Positions 11,691 to 26,600 of a stretch of 64,000 bases of DNA are shown here, one piece after another. Position 1 is the stretch's first letter. Every line of letters starts with the position of its first letter. This DNA is from Macrostomum hystrix (taxonomy: Eukaryota; Animalia; Platyhelminthes): the NCBI GenBank assembly GCA_950097015.1, contig CATNEN010000001.1, positions 19,592,001 to 19,656,000 on the forward strand, given 5' to 3'. Position numbers and translations under genes: made by a program. Under the pieces are notes generated by a model. It searched no databases, was not told where the DNA came from, and was given only the letters and a program-made list of their open reading frames with translations.

Positions 11691-14600
11691 TTAGTCGACC
11701 CGAAAAGCCGGGCTGACAGACATCAGGAAGCTGAGCAGTTTACCAGTCTTGACCGCGCCACCTAGATCCGGATCCCACAACTGCTTGAGCTGGTGCAGGT
11801 TCTCTCTGCTGATGTCGAATGGAATCTGAAAGGTCATTAGTAAATAAATGTAGTCTTTTTAACACTATGTGGAGTTGCAGCGTTTAAGCTACGTCGAACT
11901 CACAGATTTTTACAGTCTAATCTCGTATTGTACGACTTCTGTCTATACGTAAACTACGACTCCTGTTTAGAGGGCCTCGCCATTACCTTAATCTTAATCG
12001 AAGTCAGTCTTTCGTTAAAAATAGTGTAATAGGTTATAATACACTTCGCCTAGATGGGCCAGATAGTCGGCCAGGTATTAATTGTGCTAGTGTCACAGCA
12101 GCAGCTTCTGCGTCTGCGGATATAAAAGCTGTGCGCAGGCTGTTCTGCAGTCCACATCCCACCCTAATTTCTATCGCAGATAATGCTGGTAAATATTTTA
12201 CAGCTGGGTGAACTGAGTGAGATTCGAACTCCAGATCTCTCGTTTAGAAGTCCGATGCTTTAACCGCATACTGAACTACGCGAGCCCGCTTTTTTCGATT
12301 TGCAGCCCTGCTTTTGCAATAGACAGTATCTAGACGCAGCAGGGCAATGAAATATCGGCAACAGAAGGCTCCCCAATACCTCCAGCGGTCGCTCGTCCTC
12401 GGGCATCTTGTCCATCTCCTCCTGGCTTGGCAGCGGACCCTGCACCGCGAAGCAGCGCGGCTGTGGCGGCGAGCCCAGCACCAGCCTGTAGAGATCGTCC
12501 AGCGACTCCCTGGCCAGAGCTTCAATCAGACGCTCGGTTCGCGACTTCTCAATCACTGGCTTCTGCTTCTGCTTCTTCGATACGCCGCCGCCGATTGAAG
12601 TGTCTCCAGCGGGACCCGCTGCCGCCGCTGCTGACGAACCCGGTTTGTCTCCATCGCCGACCCCAGCGCCAGAAGCCGCCGCGGCAGTAGATCCGGTCCC
12701 GGCAGCGCCGCCGGCAGTTAACGATGCTGACGGAGCAGCAGTTGTGGCAACTTTGCGCAGCGCCAGATCAGCCTGTTGAGCAAGCAGACGGAATCTGCTA
12801 AACACGCGCACCAGATCCTCCAGGTCCACTGTAAGGGCGCCGCACTGGATGGACTTTAGCCATGAGACGTTCTTGTCCACCTGAAATTTTTTCGAGAATC
12901 ATCGATGAGAATAAGCCAGGCTATCATTCAATTCCCAACTTTGTTATTTTCAATCGTACCTTGGCGGTGCTGGCAAATAGCAGCAGGGTCTTGCGGTAGG
13001 CGCTCTTGCTGCACATCACATCGAGCGGCGGCCGGTAGAACTGCAAGCTGAGGTCGCTGTCCAGAGTGATAGACATGACCGGCAGGTCGCTGGGCTTGTA
13101 GACCGCCTCAGCGAAGCCAGGAGGTCGCGGCGGCTGCTGCTGTCGTTTGGTATTCGCAGCTGGCAGCGTCTTCAGCGAGCTGATGTCGATCCCGGCAGCC
13201 TGGGCCGCAGACAGAATGTCTATCGGGGTCTCCTCAGCTTCTCCAGCTGCGGTGTCATCAACCAGCTGCTCCCACTGCTGCCGGTAGGACCGGAACACAG
13301 CTCCGAGATCCAGTAGCTCCTGGGTCATGTCCAGGTCGATGTTTTCCTGTCTGATGGGCTCCGGCGGGTAGATCGCGGTGCAGGCGGTCTTGTAGGCCGG
13401 CAGGTTGTCCACGAAAAAGCGGTGCAGCGTTGGCACCCGCTGGGACCAGTAGACTGCGGCTAGCGGAGTTCGAACCACCGGACGGGCAACGAAGCCTTTG
13501 ACAATGTCCGGAAAAACCAGCGGAAATTCGAGGCCTTCAACCTCCTCTTTGGTCTCCAGAGTGTCCGTGTCGGGTTCGACACTCTTGTTGACACAGAGCC
13601 GCAGCAGTAGGCCGTGGTAGCCCAGTAGGCTGTTCCAGGCGATGCCTTCAGTTGCCTTGACCACACGCTCCAGTTGGTCAGCGTAAGCTTCGCTGTCCTC
13701 AACCACCGCAGCTTCGTCCATCGTGCTGAGCTCCTCTTCAATTTCACTCTTGAAGACTCGCTTCTTCCTACCGAGAGCATAAGAGGCGGCGAGATCAAAG
13801 GCAGCCGGTTCTGGAATGCCAGCGGCCTGCTCGGGCGTCAGGTTCCCGTTGCTTTCGCCGACAATGGCGCTCAGGCTGCGCTGAGCTGCGCCAACTCGAG
13901 CGGCGCACTTCACAGCCACCCAAGCAGCCCGCCTGTCCTTCTGCACCTCTGTAGCCTCACGCTGCTGCGCCTCATCCTTCTCCCGCTTGGTCAGGGTCTT
14001 CTTCTTGACCCCGGCGGCTCGGCGACGCGTCTTTGGCGAGTTCGACGGCGATGCTGTCGCCGCTTGATCATCGCCAGAGCCGCCGGATGCGCCAACCAGA
14101 GCGCCGTTCGAGGCGAGGCTGACCAGGCCGCAGTTGAACATGTGCAGCAGGGCCAGGTCCAGGTACAGCTGCCTGATTGCGGCCAGGTCGTGATGCGAGT
14201 GAATAACCGATTTCAGAGCTTCGTAAAGAGTCTTAGCCACCGTTTTCTGCGAGAAATAGCCGAGCAGGTGAAGCTGCAGCTGCAGTTTGCCTAGGACAGT
14301 CCAGAGTTCGCTCTCGAGCATGGCCGAACGATTGGCAACAGCTTGGGACAGCTCGAGTGCCGTGGCTGCCAGACCGACTGCCTCCGTCCACAGCTCCTTG
14401 GGCCTGCCGCTCCTAGAGATGCGAACCGAAAAATTGCAACATGAAGTTCAGGACTTGTAAAGTGTGGGGCGGTGGAGTCAGGTGGATTCACGTAGCCACA
14501 ATGGAACGAAAATAGCAAAAGCTGTGACATGTCATTGGTACTCGTATTGGTAAGAATTTTCACACAAACGAGACTTCCCCGCCAAGAACCTTTAAGTCAA

Positions 14601-17600
14601 GGGTCAGGCAGCTCATTAATCTATTCTTGCTTTGCGCTGGTTTTTCCTAACGCCCGTTTCTCATCGCTTCTGTGCCTCGTCTGTCTCGAATGTCTGTCAT
14701 ATTTACAGATCTAGCTCTTACTAACTCACTTGACAGTCTCCTGTGAGCCCTTCTTGGCCAGGGTGTAAGCAATGCGCAGTTTGAGCTCCACTAGAAGCAG
14801 ATACTCCGGCAGGTAGATATTGGTCATGGGGCAGGTGGGACAGGACCGTATCGGCTGCTTGAGGTGGTGCTCGATGGTTTCACCGCGCTGTTCGATCTGC
14901 AGAGATTTGATTTGCTCAACTTTTAATCACCGAATTCGCCCTTAGAAGTACGTCTACATAACCCAGAACTAGTGTTTCAGCAGACTTACCAGCTTCAGCA
15001 GCCTCTCATGTCCCTGGCTGTAGACCAGCAGGGCCTTGTCCAGCTCCTGCGGATCGAGCGACTGGCACATCAGCAGGTCGGCAATCAGAGTACTGCAATG
15101 GATTCTAGTCAGCGCCGAGGCCTCCGACTGTGGCGGCGACTTGCCGGCAGAAGTTTCAGCTTCGGCAACGCCGGCATTGACAACCATGAGCGACTCTAGC
15201 ACTTTTGGCGTTGGTCGGCCTTCAAGAAGGTCCAGAGTTGCCAGCCTGAATTGGAACTCGCGTTTCAGCTCGGCGTCGCCCAGCATTTCAGTCTCGCCGA
15301 TACCTTGAAGGATAGCGGCTCTGGCGTCGGGCACGTCAACGTAGATGCCCCGCTCAGATCCTTTCACATTACCCATGCCGCGAATTTCGCAGAGCAGCGA
15401 GTCTGCCAAAGCCAAACGGCAGTTAAGCCACGTGCGAGCGTCCAGACGTGACCGGCTGGCAAAGCTCTCTAGCTCCTCCTCGCTGGTAAGTCGGTAAGCC
15501 GACTGCTTTTTCTGCGCCTGCTGCTGCTGCTGTTGCTGCATCAGCTGCGGCCGCTTTGGCCGCTTGATCTTGCTGCCGGGGTTCAGCAGGTCGGACATGG
15601 CCAGAAGCCGCAGAGCTCGCTGAGCGAAGCGAGCCGCGGTGCGGGCATGGTGTCGCTCCCGAGCCACACGCGATAGACCGAGCAGGCAACTGACTGCCAA
15701 CTCCAGCTCTGTGGCATTCAGCGCTGCGCTTACCTCGTCATCATCATCCCGCTGTGGCAGGAAACTGTCCAGCATGGCCTGCAGCGAGTCGCCAGACGTC
15801 CTCAGCAGAAGGAATTTCAAGATCTCCAGATTCACCTTGCGGTTCTGCTGCTGTAACGCCAGCTGAGCCAAGCCCATCGGTGACTTCGGCTGCTTCAGGT
15901 CGTCTGTCTGGAACTTTCCGGCCATCGTGCGCTTGCCGCCACCGCCTGCTCCTGCGCCGCGTCTTCCCCGCTCCGGTGACAGTAGGACCGCCGGGTCCAG
16001 CTCCACAGTGTCAAAGTTGATCTTCTCTGGCAGTGCTTGAACACTGGTAGCTATCGAGCACAAGAGGTTGGCCTGTGCCAGGCTCACCCGGCAGACAAGA
16101 TTGTGACCGTACAATGCGGCCAGAGACTGTGTCAGCCGGCGATGACTCAGCTTATCCAGGGCGTGAAGATTCTCTTCGCATAGCAAAGATTTGCCAGCCT
16201 GGAAGACAAACTTTGGCGGCCGAGTCTCTGTGGTTCTGTACTTGCTGTCCACCAGCTGGGGAAGCCGTTCTCCCCATAGCAGCTGCTTCAGCGTGGTGCA
16301 GGCCTCGCTGTACAAACTTAGGCTGGTCAGAACCTCCAGGCGCTTGATGCGACCTTTAACTGATCGGTGGATGTCCCTGGCTAGACCAGTGACAAGGTAC
16401 AGGTACAGACTGAGCAGGGGCAGCACGGTGGTGTTGTGTCCGGCTCTGCTCAGCTCCTCGATGACGAAGGAGAGCGCGGCCTCCCAGACTCTCACGTCGG
16501 CGCGGAATCGATTGCCCAGTAAGCTGACGCCTGGCATAAGGCTGGTGACTTCACATTGTTCGCCGATGTCGTACATGGCGTAGTCTCGATCCGGCAGCGG
16601 GTGAGGCAGAGAACTGCGGAACAGGCCCTTGAAGAAGCTGGCAGCCAGGAAGCAGCAGTCGAGCCGAAGGCCCAGATCGCTGGACATGATGTACTGGGCG
16701 ATGTTGGATGCCGCTATGCCGCCAAGGATGCAGCCCCAGACACCGCAGCGCTGCATCAGAATTGTTGGTGCGTCGCCTGAGCCTACCACAGAGTGCCAGT
16801 TGTTCAGCGCGTCATCAACTCCCAGCACACAGTCCAGGCATTCGTTCCAGTAGAACAGCGCATCCCTGGGCCTCTCCAAGTGCAGAAATAAGCAGCCGAG
16901 CTCTCGGTAAGCTTGCGCTGCCAAGCTCTTCTGTTTCTTTGCCGAGAGCAACTCGATGGCCTTCTCATAGGCCTCAACAACTGTGGGCAGCTGGGATCTC
17001 GGCAGAGGCAGCTTTGTGCAGTCCGCCTCCTCAGTAAAACTGTTAAAAAAATTGACGGTGGACGGTGTGATGGAGTGGGCGTTCTGTTGAATATTTGCAT
17101 CCAAATTAGACTCATGGTCCGAGCTTCTCACCGATCAGCCCGACGATCCGGCGGCATCGAAGCTGGCGGTTTGTCGGTGACGTCGCGAAACTGCACACCG
17201 GACGATGATGGACGCTGGAAGCCTGTGACGCCCTCCTGCTGGCCAGCCATGTACAGCAGTGCCAGCTGTCGGGCATGACGAAGAGACTTGCTAGTCGAGC
17301 TGGTGGCATCCAGGGCTTTTCTAAATTCGTCCAGTGAGGTCTCGGTATCTAGTGGCACGCTGCTCAACTGCCTGGCAACCAGGCCGTTCTCGTAGATCTC
17401 CTGTGGATCTCGAGCAAACACGTCAGCAGCTTCGTCGACAGCCTCGTCCTGCAGCTGCTTCTGCTGATCTGTCGGATCTGTCTGCTTCGGCTGCAGCTTG
17501 CGCTTGTCGATGGCGGTGACCAGTTGCAGTTCGACATAGTCCTTGCTTCCGATAGGACGGTCCTCGCGCTGACGTAAGAGGAAGCGATAGTGCGGCTGCG

Positions 17601-20600
17601 GCGGCGGCGGACCGCCGTTCTCCAGGACTCGATCAACTAGGCTGCGCTGTGCCTTCACAATCAGCGGAGTGGTGAGCTCGCAGTAGCGGTTGCTGTGGAA
17701 TTGGTTGGCGATTAGAATATTTCTGAGGCCTTGATGGGAGTCTAAAATAATATATTTCAAAGAAGATCAGCTCATGGAAGATTATTTAGCAGTTGGACTA
17801 CCAAGCCATTTTGCCGCGCATTTTGCTAACAGCGTTAATACGAGCGTAGTATATATAATAACAAAAATTGACACTAGACTCAAGGGCCAGTGCAGGTGTC
17901 GTGTGTCAAGCGCACTATCAGGTGGGGTCTATACACCTAATGTAATCCCCGGCTATCTCGGACACCGTTTGAGAGCTGCGTGTCAGCAATGGAACCGAAT
18001 TTATTTTTTCGATACATATCGGCAGCATCCAAACCCACTGAAAGCAGAGCTGCTTTATTCTAAGCCAGCCGGAATTATTATTACCCGACGAAATTTCGGT
18101 ACTAATTTGCAGCTGAGTAGACTGTGAGCACATCAGGGCAAAGCAGCTTGCCAAAGGCTGCACGAATAGTTCTGGATTAGGTCGGGAGTCGAACCTAGGA
18201 CCATCTGATCCAGAGTCCGACACCTTACTGACTGAGCTATCCGCCCTGGGTTCGATAGATTACGCTAACAGTGTGGTGACTGATTAGTTGACAGACTAGG
18301 CGAGGGTGTCCTGTGGTTGAGCTGCGCCTTATATTTAGTGAAATTGGAGAAATTCGCGTCAGGGTGTCCACAGTGACCTAGTTCCACCTGTTGTAGCCCT
18401 TGAAGGTCCAGCAGTCCATCTACCTAAGGTAGATAAAGGTCGGTGGCCACCGAAGACGGAGATGTGACATTCGGGTGACATGCTGATAAATTTTGAAGGC
18501 CTGGTAAGGCCGCACTGAGGCGCAGCGCAAATATAGGGGTGTATGGAATACACTAGCGCTTATGGGAAAAATCCTACCTTCGGCCAGAACCATTGAATAT
18601 CTCAACGGTCTGAAGAGCTGGCGACTTGATTTTAGTTTCAGAAGATGCGCAATAAAAAGTTGGCCCATGTTCTTTAGTTTCGTGTGCTTGGGAAATTTCC
18701 CCTTTAGTAGTTTTAATGTTAAAGAAAACCGCAAAACCGCGCTCACTTTGTGACACCATTGAATCGTAGTCCGAGGTCCACCAGTCGCTCCCACCGTCTC
18801 TCCTGGTGCAGCACCTCCAGGGTGGCCAGTACAAACTTGCGCAGCCAGCGAAGATCGGCAGTAGAAGTGTCGTCCATGTCGGCATCGAATCGGAGGCTGG
18901 CACCGCCGGACTCGACGTCGGGACCACCGCTGAACACCGGCATGTCAGTTGGCAAGCTGAGACCCAGTCGCTTGGCCGCGGCCGCTGCAGACTCGGCTTG
19001 AAGACGCTGCAGACAGTCGCAGAGGTAGTCGCAAACGAGTGACATGGCCTCCCAGGCGTAGCGCCGAAGACCGCTGGCGTCCATGGCCTGCTGGTGGCAG
19101 CCAATCTGCGCACAAACAGGTTTTCCAAGTTGTCATCAGTAATACGAAACCGCTCCAACGTGTACTTCACCAAAATCTAGTGAATTTGCACCCAGTATAT
19201 TGGCCTCATGCTTTGATTTGGTCTAAGCTTCGGTCTAAGTTTTAGCTCAAGTGCTCAGAAATACATTTAGTTGAGTTGATAAAAAGGTTTCCTAGCCCGG
19301 GCCGCACCTGCATCAATGCAGTCTGCAGGCAGCTCCAAACCGTCTGTCCGCAGCGCAGCAGCAGGGCCCAGTGACATCCACGACCCGCCAGCACCGCCGC
19401 CCGTCTCAGACAGCGGAAGCACCGGTCTAGACAGTCCAGCAGCATCGCCGGTGTCACCGGAGGGCCGGAGACTCCTCCGTCAAAGTCGACGCCTTTCTTG
19501 CCGCGCGCCGAACGGGGCACCTTGCCAGCAGCGGCGGCGTCGCCTGCTTCGGGTTCAGACTCTTTGAACAGCTTCTCCTTGGCCAGTCGATTGGCCTCTT
19601 CGTTGCCAACCACGGCGATGATCTTCACGCTGCGCAGGAAGTCCTCCGCTGTTGGATTGCCTGCATCAAGATGTACGGCGGGCAAGCTCGTTGGTCATTA
19701 GCTGATTCTCAAATTGGAGCTTGTAAAATGTGAAACGAGAAACGTAGAACGCGGTTTGAGCAAGACCAGTGGTCGACAAACTCCCGCCCGCGGGCCAGAT
19801 GCGGCCCGTAAAGCTCCCAAATCCGGCCCGTTGCCCCTACCAACCCTTACAGTATCATGTATTATCTCTCTCATCTGGGGATGGAGAGTCTCATCTCACC
19901 TCGGTCTCATCTCGGTCTCATCCCTCCCCTATCTCATATTCCTACAGTTAATCCGGCCCGCTGTCGTCTTTTAGGTTCTCTCCGCTAAAAAGTTTGCCGA
20001 CCCGTGAGCAAGGCACTTAATTCCAGTCGCACAGGCATGTCAGGAATAAAAGACCACTAGAATATAACCTGATTCTAATGGAACTAACCAAGGCAGGCCG
20101 CGGCGGCTCGATCCATGCTAGACTTGACGCCTGTCCCACCGACACTCTGCCTACCAGCTTTCAGCCCCACCGCCGGCCCGGAAGTGTCCTCGACGGCACT
20201 GGCTCTCCGCCAGTTGAACAGAAGCGCACCAACTGAGTCCATTGTGAACCACTCGGGGTCCATGTAGGAGCTCCTGCGAAATGAAAACACCCGGGACTAG
20301 ATTAGCAATCCAAAGTAATCACGAATGAAGGTAAAGCAAGGCACATTACTTGTGAATATTGGACGGAATGCCCAGCTGCCTGAGGCGCTGATCGAATTTG
20401 TTGAGAAAGTTGCCGAAATGCGCCAGGCCGAGTACCAGGCACAAGTCCGAGCGCCAAGGCCGCTCTTCGGCGCACAGCTTCCGGAAGCGCTTCCGCTTCG
20501 CATGCCGCTTGATCAGCTCAGGCAGGTAGGCGCTGAGAACTTCTAGCGCTTTGGTCTCCACCTCCTCTTGCTGCTGGCGTTGCGTGTCAGTCATTGTGGG

Positions 20601-23600
20601 TGTTGTGCGCATTGGCTGGATTGTTTAAAAAAGTGGGTTGCAGTAGTGGTGGTCCTAAAAAGGGCCGTTTTGTCTGGCACTCTTCAGATTTTTTATGCAC
20701 AGTAGTAATGATCTCGTTTATCTAATTCTGACAAAAAATACATTCATTAGAGACTTAAAAGTAAAAAATGGCAGATTGAAATTCAAAATGTGATTTCTGT
20801 AGGATTTCCAATTTCCAAACGTGGTGTTTCTTTACTCAACCTAAAAATAACATACTTTCTACTCGGATAAGCAAAGGTATTAAACTCTATTAGTTTATTG
20901 CTACTTTAGTTTAATTTAGTTAGTAGTTTAGTTGTTAATGAAATATTTGTGAAGTAAAACACAAACGTGCAAATGTTGTCACTTTAAATTTTAATGTTAT
21001 GTTTTGATCCTAATCGAAAGTAAAATATTACGTCTGAATTGCAAGTTTAATACTAAAAAAACACATTACATTCAAAATCTGTTAGTAAAAGTTAAAAAGA
21101 CAGGGTGCAGTTCTTTGTTATTTTTTTACGCGCGCCAGTTTAAAATTCGGACAATAAAATTTCTAAGAAACGAATGACAAAGGTGACTGAAAAATTGAAA
21201 ACAGTTTTTGACCGCTCCAGTTAAGTATTATAGCTACCTTGTAAGCAGCCAGCACTTCAGGTGGCAAGTCTTTCATTGACGGATGATAAAAGTCCTGGCC
21301 GAATTTCAAAAGTTTCATTTGATTAGATTTTTATCACAACTTTTGATATCCTTATGTTAAAAAGTTCGTTTCCTGTGATAATTATCGCTATGTGAACTAA
21401 TTAATCTAGTCTAGCCACACTACTCATGGAAAATTGACTTGCAAGTAGAAGTATAAGCGTTTTCTCTGTCAAAGCGTGTGCTTGAAAAATGAATATTCTA
21501 ACTTCAGTGAGAACTGTGTTGCTAATAAAAGATAAAATTGCATTATTTACCCAGGTGTTGGCCTAGAATGATTAGTATTATGCAAGAAACAAAAATTTTT
21601 TTTTCTATGAATGACTTTGAAACACATTTGAAAGCAAAGCTCTGGAAAATCATATGAAGACACATGCCCTAGTATGTTAGACACAATAATCCATCGCGCT
21701 TAGGATAGGATTATCCATCACCTACAAGATAGGATAATCCATCACCTATAAGATTCGATAATCCATCACCTATAAGACTCGATAATCCATCACCTATAAG
21801 ACTCGATAATCTATCACCTATAAGACTCGATAATCCATCACCTACAAGACAGTATAATCCATCACCAATCAGACTAGTTAATCCATCAGCTATCAGACCG
21901 GATAATCCATTATCTGTTAGAACGAATAATCCATCACCTTTCGACAATGCCAACACCAGTACGAAGATAGTGTGTAGTGTACCTGACAGCTTCAGAACAA
22001 AGTAAAATGTCTTAACGTACACTTAATTTGAGCAGTTTCTCACCTTGTACTTCTTCTTTGTCTGTTGCTGATTTCCTGCCTGCTTCTTCTTGGCTGCGCC
22101 ACCACCGCCGCCACCGCCGCCGCGATTGCTGGAGTCGCCCTCACCCCGGAGCTCGGCCACCGAGGCGCCCGGAATTCTCGACTGATCGCTGACTGACGCC
22201 GTAGTGCCAGCAGCCGCAGCTCTTGTGCCAGCCTCCTTGCCTTTGCCAACGTGCTTCACGCCGGTGTAGAGCTCGTTGCGCTTGTCCAGAAACTCGGTCG
22301 TCTCCTTCGTCCATTCGATCACGAGGTCGTAGTGACCCTCGCTAAGTCCCTTCTCGGCCACCTTGACGAAGAACTCGATGTAGCGCATTCGTTTGCGGAA
22401 TTTGCTCACTGCAAAATCGGTATATTTAAACAAAAGTGTGTACGCGATACTACTTACAGTAGCTAGGTGAATGTGTAGACAGGTGTTATTTATTTGTGGT
22501 ACAATTAGTGATGTCATATACGATGATAGAGACGAGTCAAAGCAGTCAAATTGACCTATCAGATACGAACGAAGTTCACATCAATTAAAAATGTGTGCAT
22601 TTGAAGGTCGTAGTTGCAGCATTTGATGAAGGGCTAGTGTAAGTTACTTTGTCCCATCTCTTCTGTGTACTGGGATACACAAAACACAAGACATGTTTGC
22701 TGAGCTTATTGTCAAGGAGGTTTCGAGTGCAATATTTATTTGCAGTCACTTTAAAATACTTGTTTAACAATTGTTTAAATTGTTTAACAATTTAATACAA
22801 CGAGAGCATTTAGAAACCACTTGCTGAACACATCTATAACACGTGTGGAACCACTTGTCTAACAACTGAACACAATTAGAACTCGAGGAACCACTTGTCT
22901 AACAACTGAACACAATTAGTACTCGAGGAACCACTTGTCTAACAACTGAAAACTGTTATAACTCGAGGAACCACTTGTCTAACAACTAAACACAATTAGA
23001 ACATTTGGAACCACTTATCTAACGACTGAACACAATTAGAACACGTGGAACCACTTGTCTAACATCTGAACACAATTAGAACACGTGGAACCACTTATCT
23101 AACAACTGAACACAATTAGAACACGTGGAACCACTTATCTAACAACTGAACGCATAAGAACATTTGGAACCACTTATCTAACAACTGAACACAATTAGAA
23201 CACGTGGAACCACTTATCTAACAACTGAACACAATTAGAACACGTGGAACCACTTGTCTAACAACTGAACACAATTAGAACACGTGGAACCACTTGTCTA
23301 ACAACTGAACACAATTAGAACATTTAGAACCACTTATCTAACAACTGAACACATTAGAACATTTGGAACCACTTATCTAACAACTGAACACAATTAGAAC
23401 ACGTGGAACCACTTATCTAACAACTGAACACAATTAGAACACGTGGAACCACTTGTCTAACAACTGAACACAATTAGAACACGTGGAACCACTTGTCTAA
23501 CAACTGAACACAATTAGAACATTTGGAACCACTTATCTAACAACTGAACACATTAGAACATATGAAACCACTTATCTAACAACTGAACACAATTAGAACA

Positions 23601-26600
23601 CGTGGAACCACGTATCTAACAACTGAACACAATTAGAACACGTGGAACCACTTGTCTAACAACTGAAAACTGTTAGAACTCGAGGAACCACTTGTCTAGC
23701 AACTGAACACAATTAGAACACGTGGAACCACTTATCTAACAACTGAACACAATTAGAACACGTGGAACCACTTATCTAACAACTGAGCAAAATTAGAACA
23801 CGTGGAACCACTTATCTAACGACTGAACACAATTAGAACACGTGGAACCACTTATCTAACAACTGAACACAATTAGAACACGTGGAACCACGTATCTAAC
23901 AACTGAACACAATTAGAACACGTGGAACCACTTGTCTAACAACTGAACACAATTAGAACACGTGGAACCACTTGTCTAACAACTGAACACAATTAGAACA
24001 TTTGGAACCACTTATCTAACAACTGAACACATTAGAACATTTGAAACCACTTATCTAACAACTGAACACAATTAGAACACGTGGAACCACTTATCTAACA
24101 ACTGAACACTGTTAGAACATTTGGAACCACTTATCTAACAACTGAACACAATTAGAATATTTGGAACCACTTATCTAACAACTGAACACATTAGAATATT
24201 CGGAACCACTTATCTAACAACTGAACACAATTAGAACACGTGGAACCACTTATCTAACAACTGAACACAATTAGAACACGTGGAACCACTTATCTAACAA
24301 CTGAACACAATTAGAACACGTGGAACCACTTATCTAACGACTGAACACAATTAGAACACGTGGAACCACTTATCTAACAACTGAACACAATTAGAACACG
24401 TGGAACCACTTATCGAACAACTGAACACAATTAGAACACGTGGAACCACTTATCTAACAACTGAACACATTAGAATATTTGGAACCACTTATCTAACAAC
24501 TGAACACATTAGAATATTTGGAACCACTTATCTAACAACTGAACACAATTAGAACACGTGGAACCACGTATCTAACAACTGAACACTGTTAGAACATTTG
24601 GAACCACTTATCTAACAACTGAACACAATTAGAACACGTGGAACCACTTATCTAACAACTGAACACAATTAGAACACGTGGAACCACTTATCTAACAACT
24701 GAGCAAAATTAGAACACGTGGAACCACGTATCTAACAACTGAACACTGTTAGAACATTTGGAACCACTTATCTAACAACTGAACACAATTAGAACACGTG
24801 GAACCACTTATCTAACGACTGAACACAATTAGAACACGTGGAACCACTTATCTAACAACTGAACACAATTAGAACACGTGGAACCACTTGTCTAACAACT
24901 GAACACAATTAGAACACGTGGAACCACTTATCTAACAACTGAACACATTAGAACATTTGGAACCACTTATCTATCAACTAAACACAATTAGAACACGTGG
25001 AACCACTTATCTAACAACTGAGCAAAATTAGAACACGTGGAACCACGTATCTAACAACTGAACACAATTAGAACACATGGAACCACTTATCTAACAACTG
25101 AACACAATTAGAACACGTGGAACCACTTATCTAACAACTGAACACAATTAGAACACGTGGAACCACTTATCTAACAACTGAACACAATTAGAACACGTGG
25201 AACCACTTATCTAACAACTGAGCAAAATTAGAACACGTGGAACCACGTATCTAACAACTGAACACTGTTAGAACATTTGGAACCACTTATCTAACAACTG
25301 AACACAATTAGAACACGTGGAACCACTTATCTAACGACTGAACACAATTAGAACACGTGGAACCACTTATCTAACAACTGAACACAATTAGAACACGTGG
25401 AACCACTTGTCTAACAACTGAAAACTGTTAGAACTCGAGGAACCACTTGTCTAACAACTGAACACAATTAGAACACGTGGAACCACTTATCTAACAACTG
25501 AACACATTAGAACATTTGGAACCACTTATCTAACAACTGAACACAATTAGAACACGTGGAACCACGTATCTAACAACTGAACACTGTTAGAACATTTGGA
25601 ACCACTTATCTAACAACTGAACACAATTAGAACACGTGGAACCACTTATCTAACGACTGAACACAATTAGAACACGTGGAACCACTTATCTAACAACTGA
25701 ACACAATTAGAACACGTGGAACCACTTGTCTAACAACTGAACACAATTAGAACACGTGGAACCACTTATCTAACAACTGAACACATTAGAACATTTGGAA
25801 CCACTTATCTAACAACTGAACACAATTAGAACACGTGGAACCACTTATCTAACGACTGAACACAATTAGAACACGTGGAACCACTTATCTAACAACTGAA
25901 CACAATTAGAACACGTGGAACCACTTGTCTAACAACTGAACACAATTAGAACACGTGGAACCACTTATCTAACAACTGAACACATTAGAACATTTGGAAC
26001 CACTTATCTAACAACTAAACACAATTAGAACACGTGGAACCACTTATCTAACAACTGAGCAAAATTAGAACACGTGGAACCACTTATCTAACAACTGAAC
26101 ACAATTAGAACACGTGGAACCACTTATCTAACAACTGAACACAATTAGAACACGTGGAACCACTTATCTAACAACTGAACACAATTAGAACACGTGGAAC
26201 CACTTATCTAACAACTGAACACAATTAGAACACGTGGAACCACTTATCTAACAACTGAGCAAAATTAGAACACGTGGAACCACGTATCTAACAACTGAAC
26301 ACTGTTAGAACATTTGGTACCACTTATCTAACAACTGAACACAATTAGAACACGTGGAACCACTTATCTAACGACTGAACACAATTAGAACACGTGGAAC
26401 CACTTATCTAACAACTGAACACAATTAGAACACGTGGAACCACTTGTCTAACAACTGAAAACTGTTAGAACTCGAGGAACCACTTGTCTAACAACTGAAC
26501 ACAATTAGAACACGTGGAACCACTTATCTAACAACTGAACACAATTAGAACACGTGGAACCACTTATCTAACAACTGAACACAATTAGAACACGTGGAAC

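Noticed and set aside
18180-18246. Possible tRNA gene (also 12212, 33494, 61600)
   Set aside because: A/B boxes are present but the acceptor and T stems do not pair properly; these are better explained as SINE heads. tRNAscan-SE would settle it.
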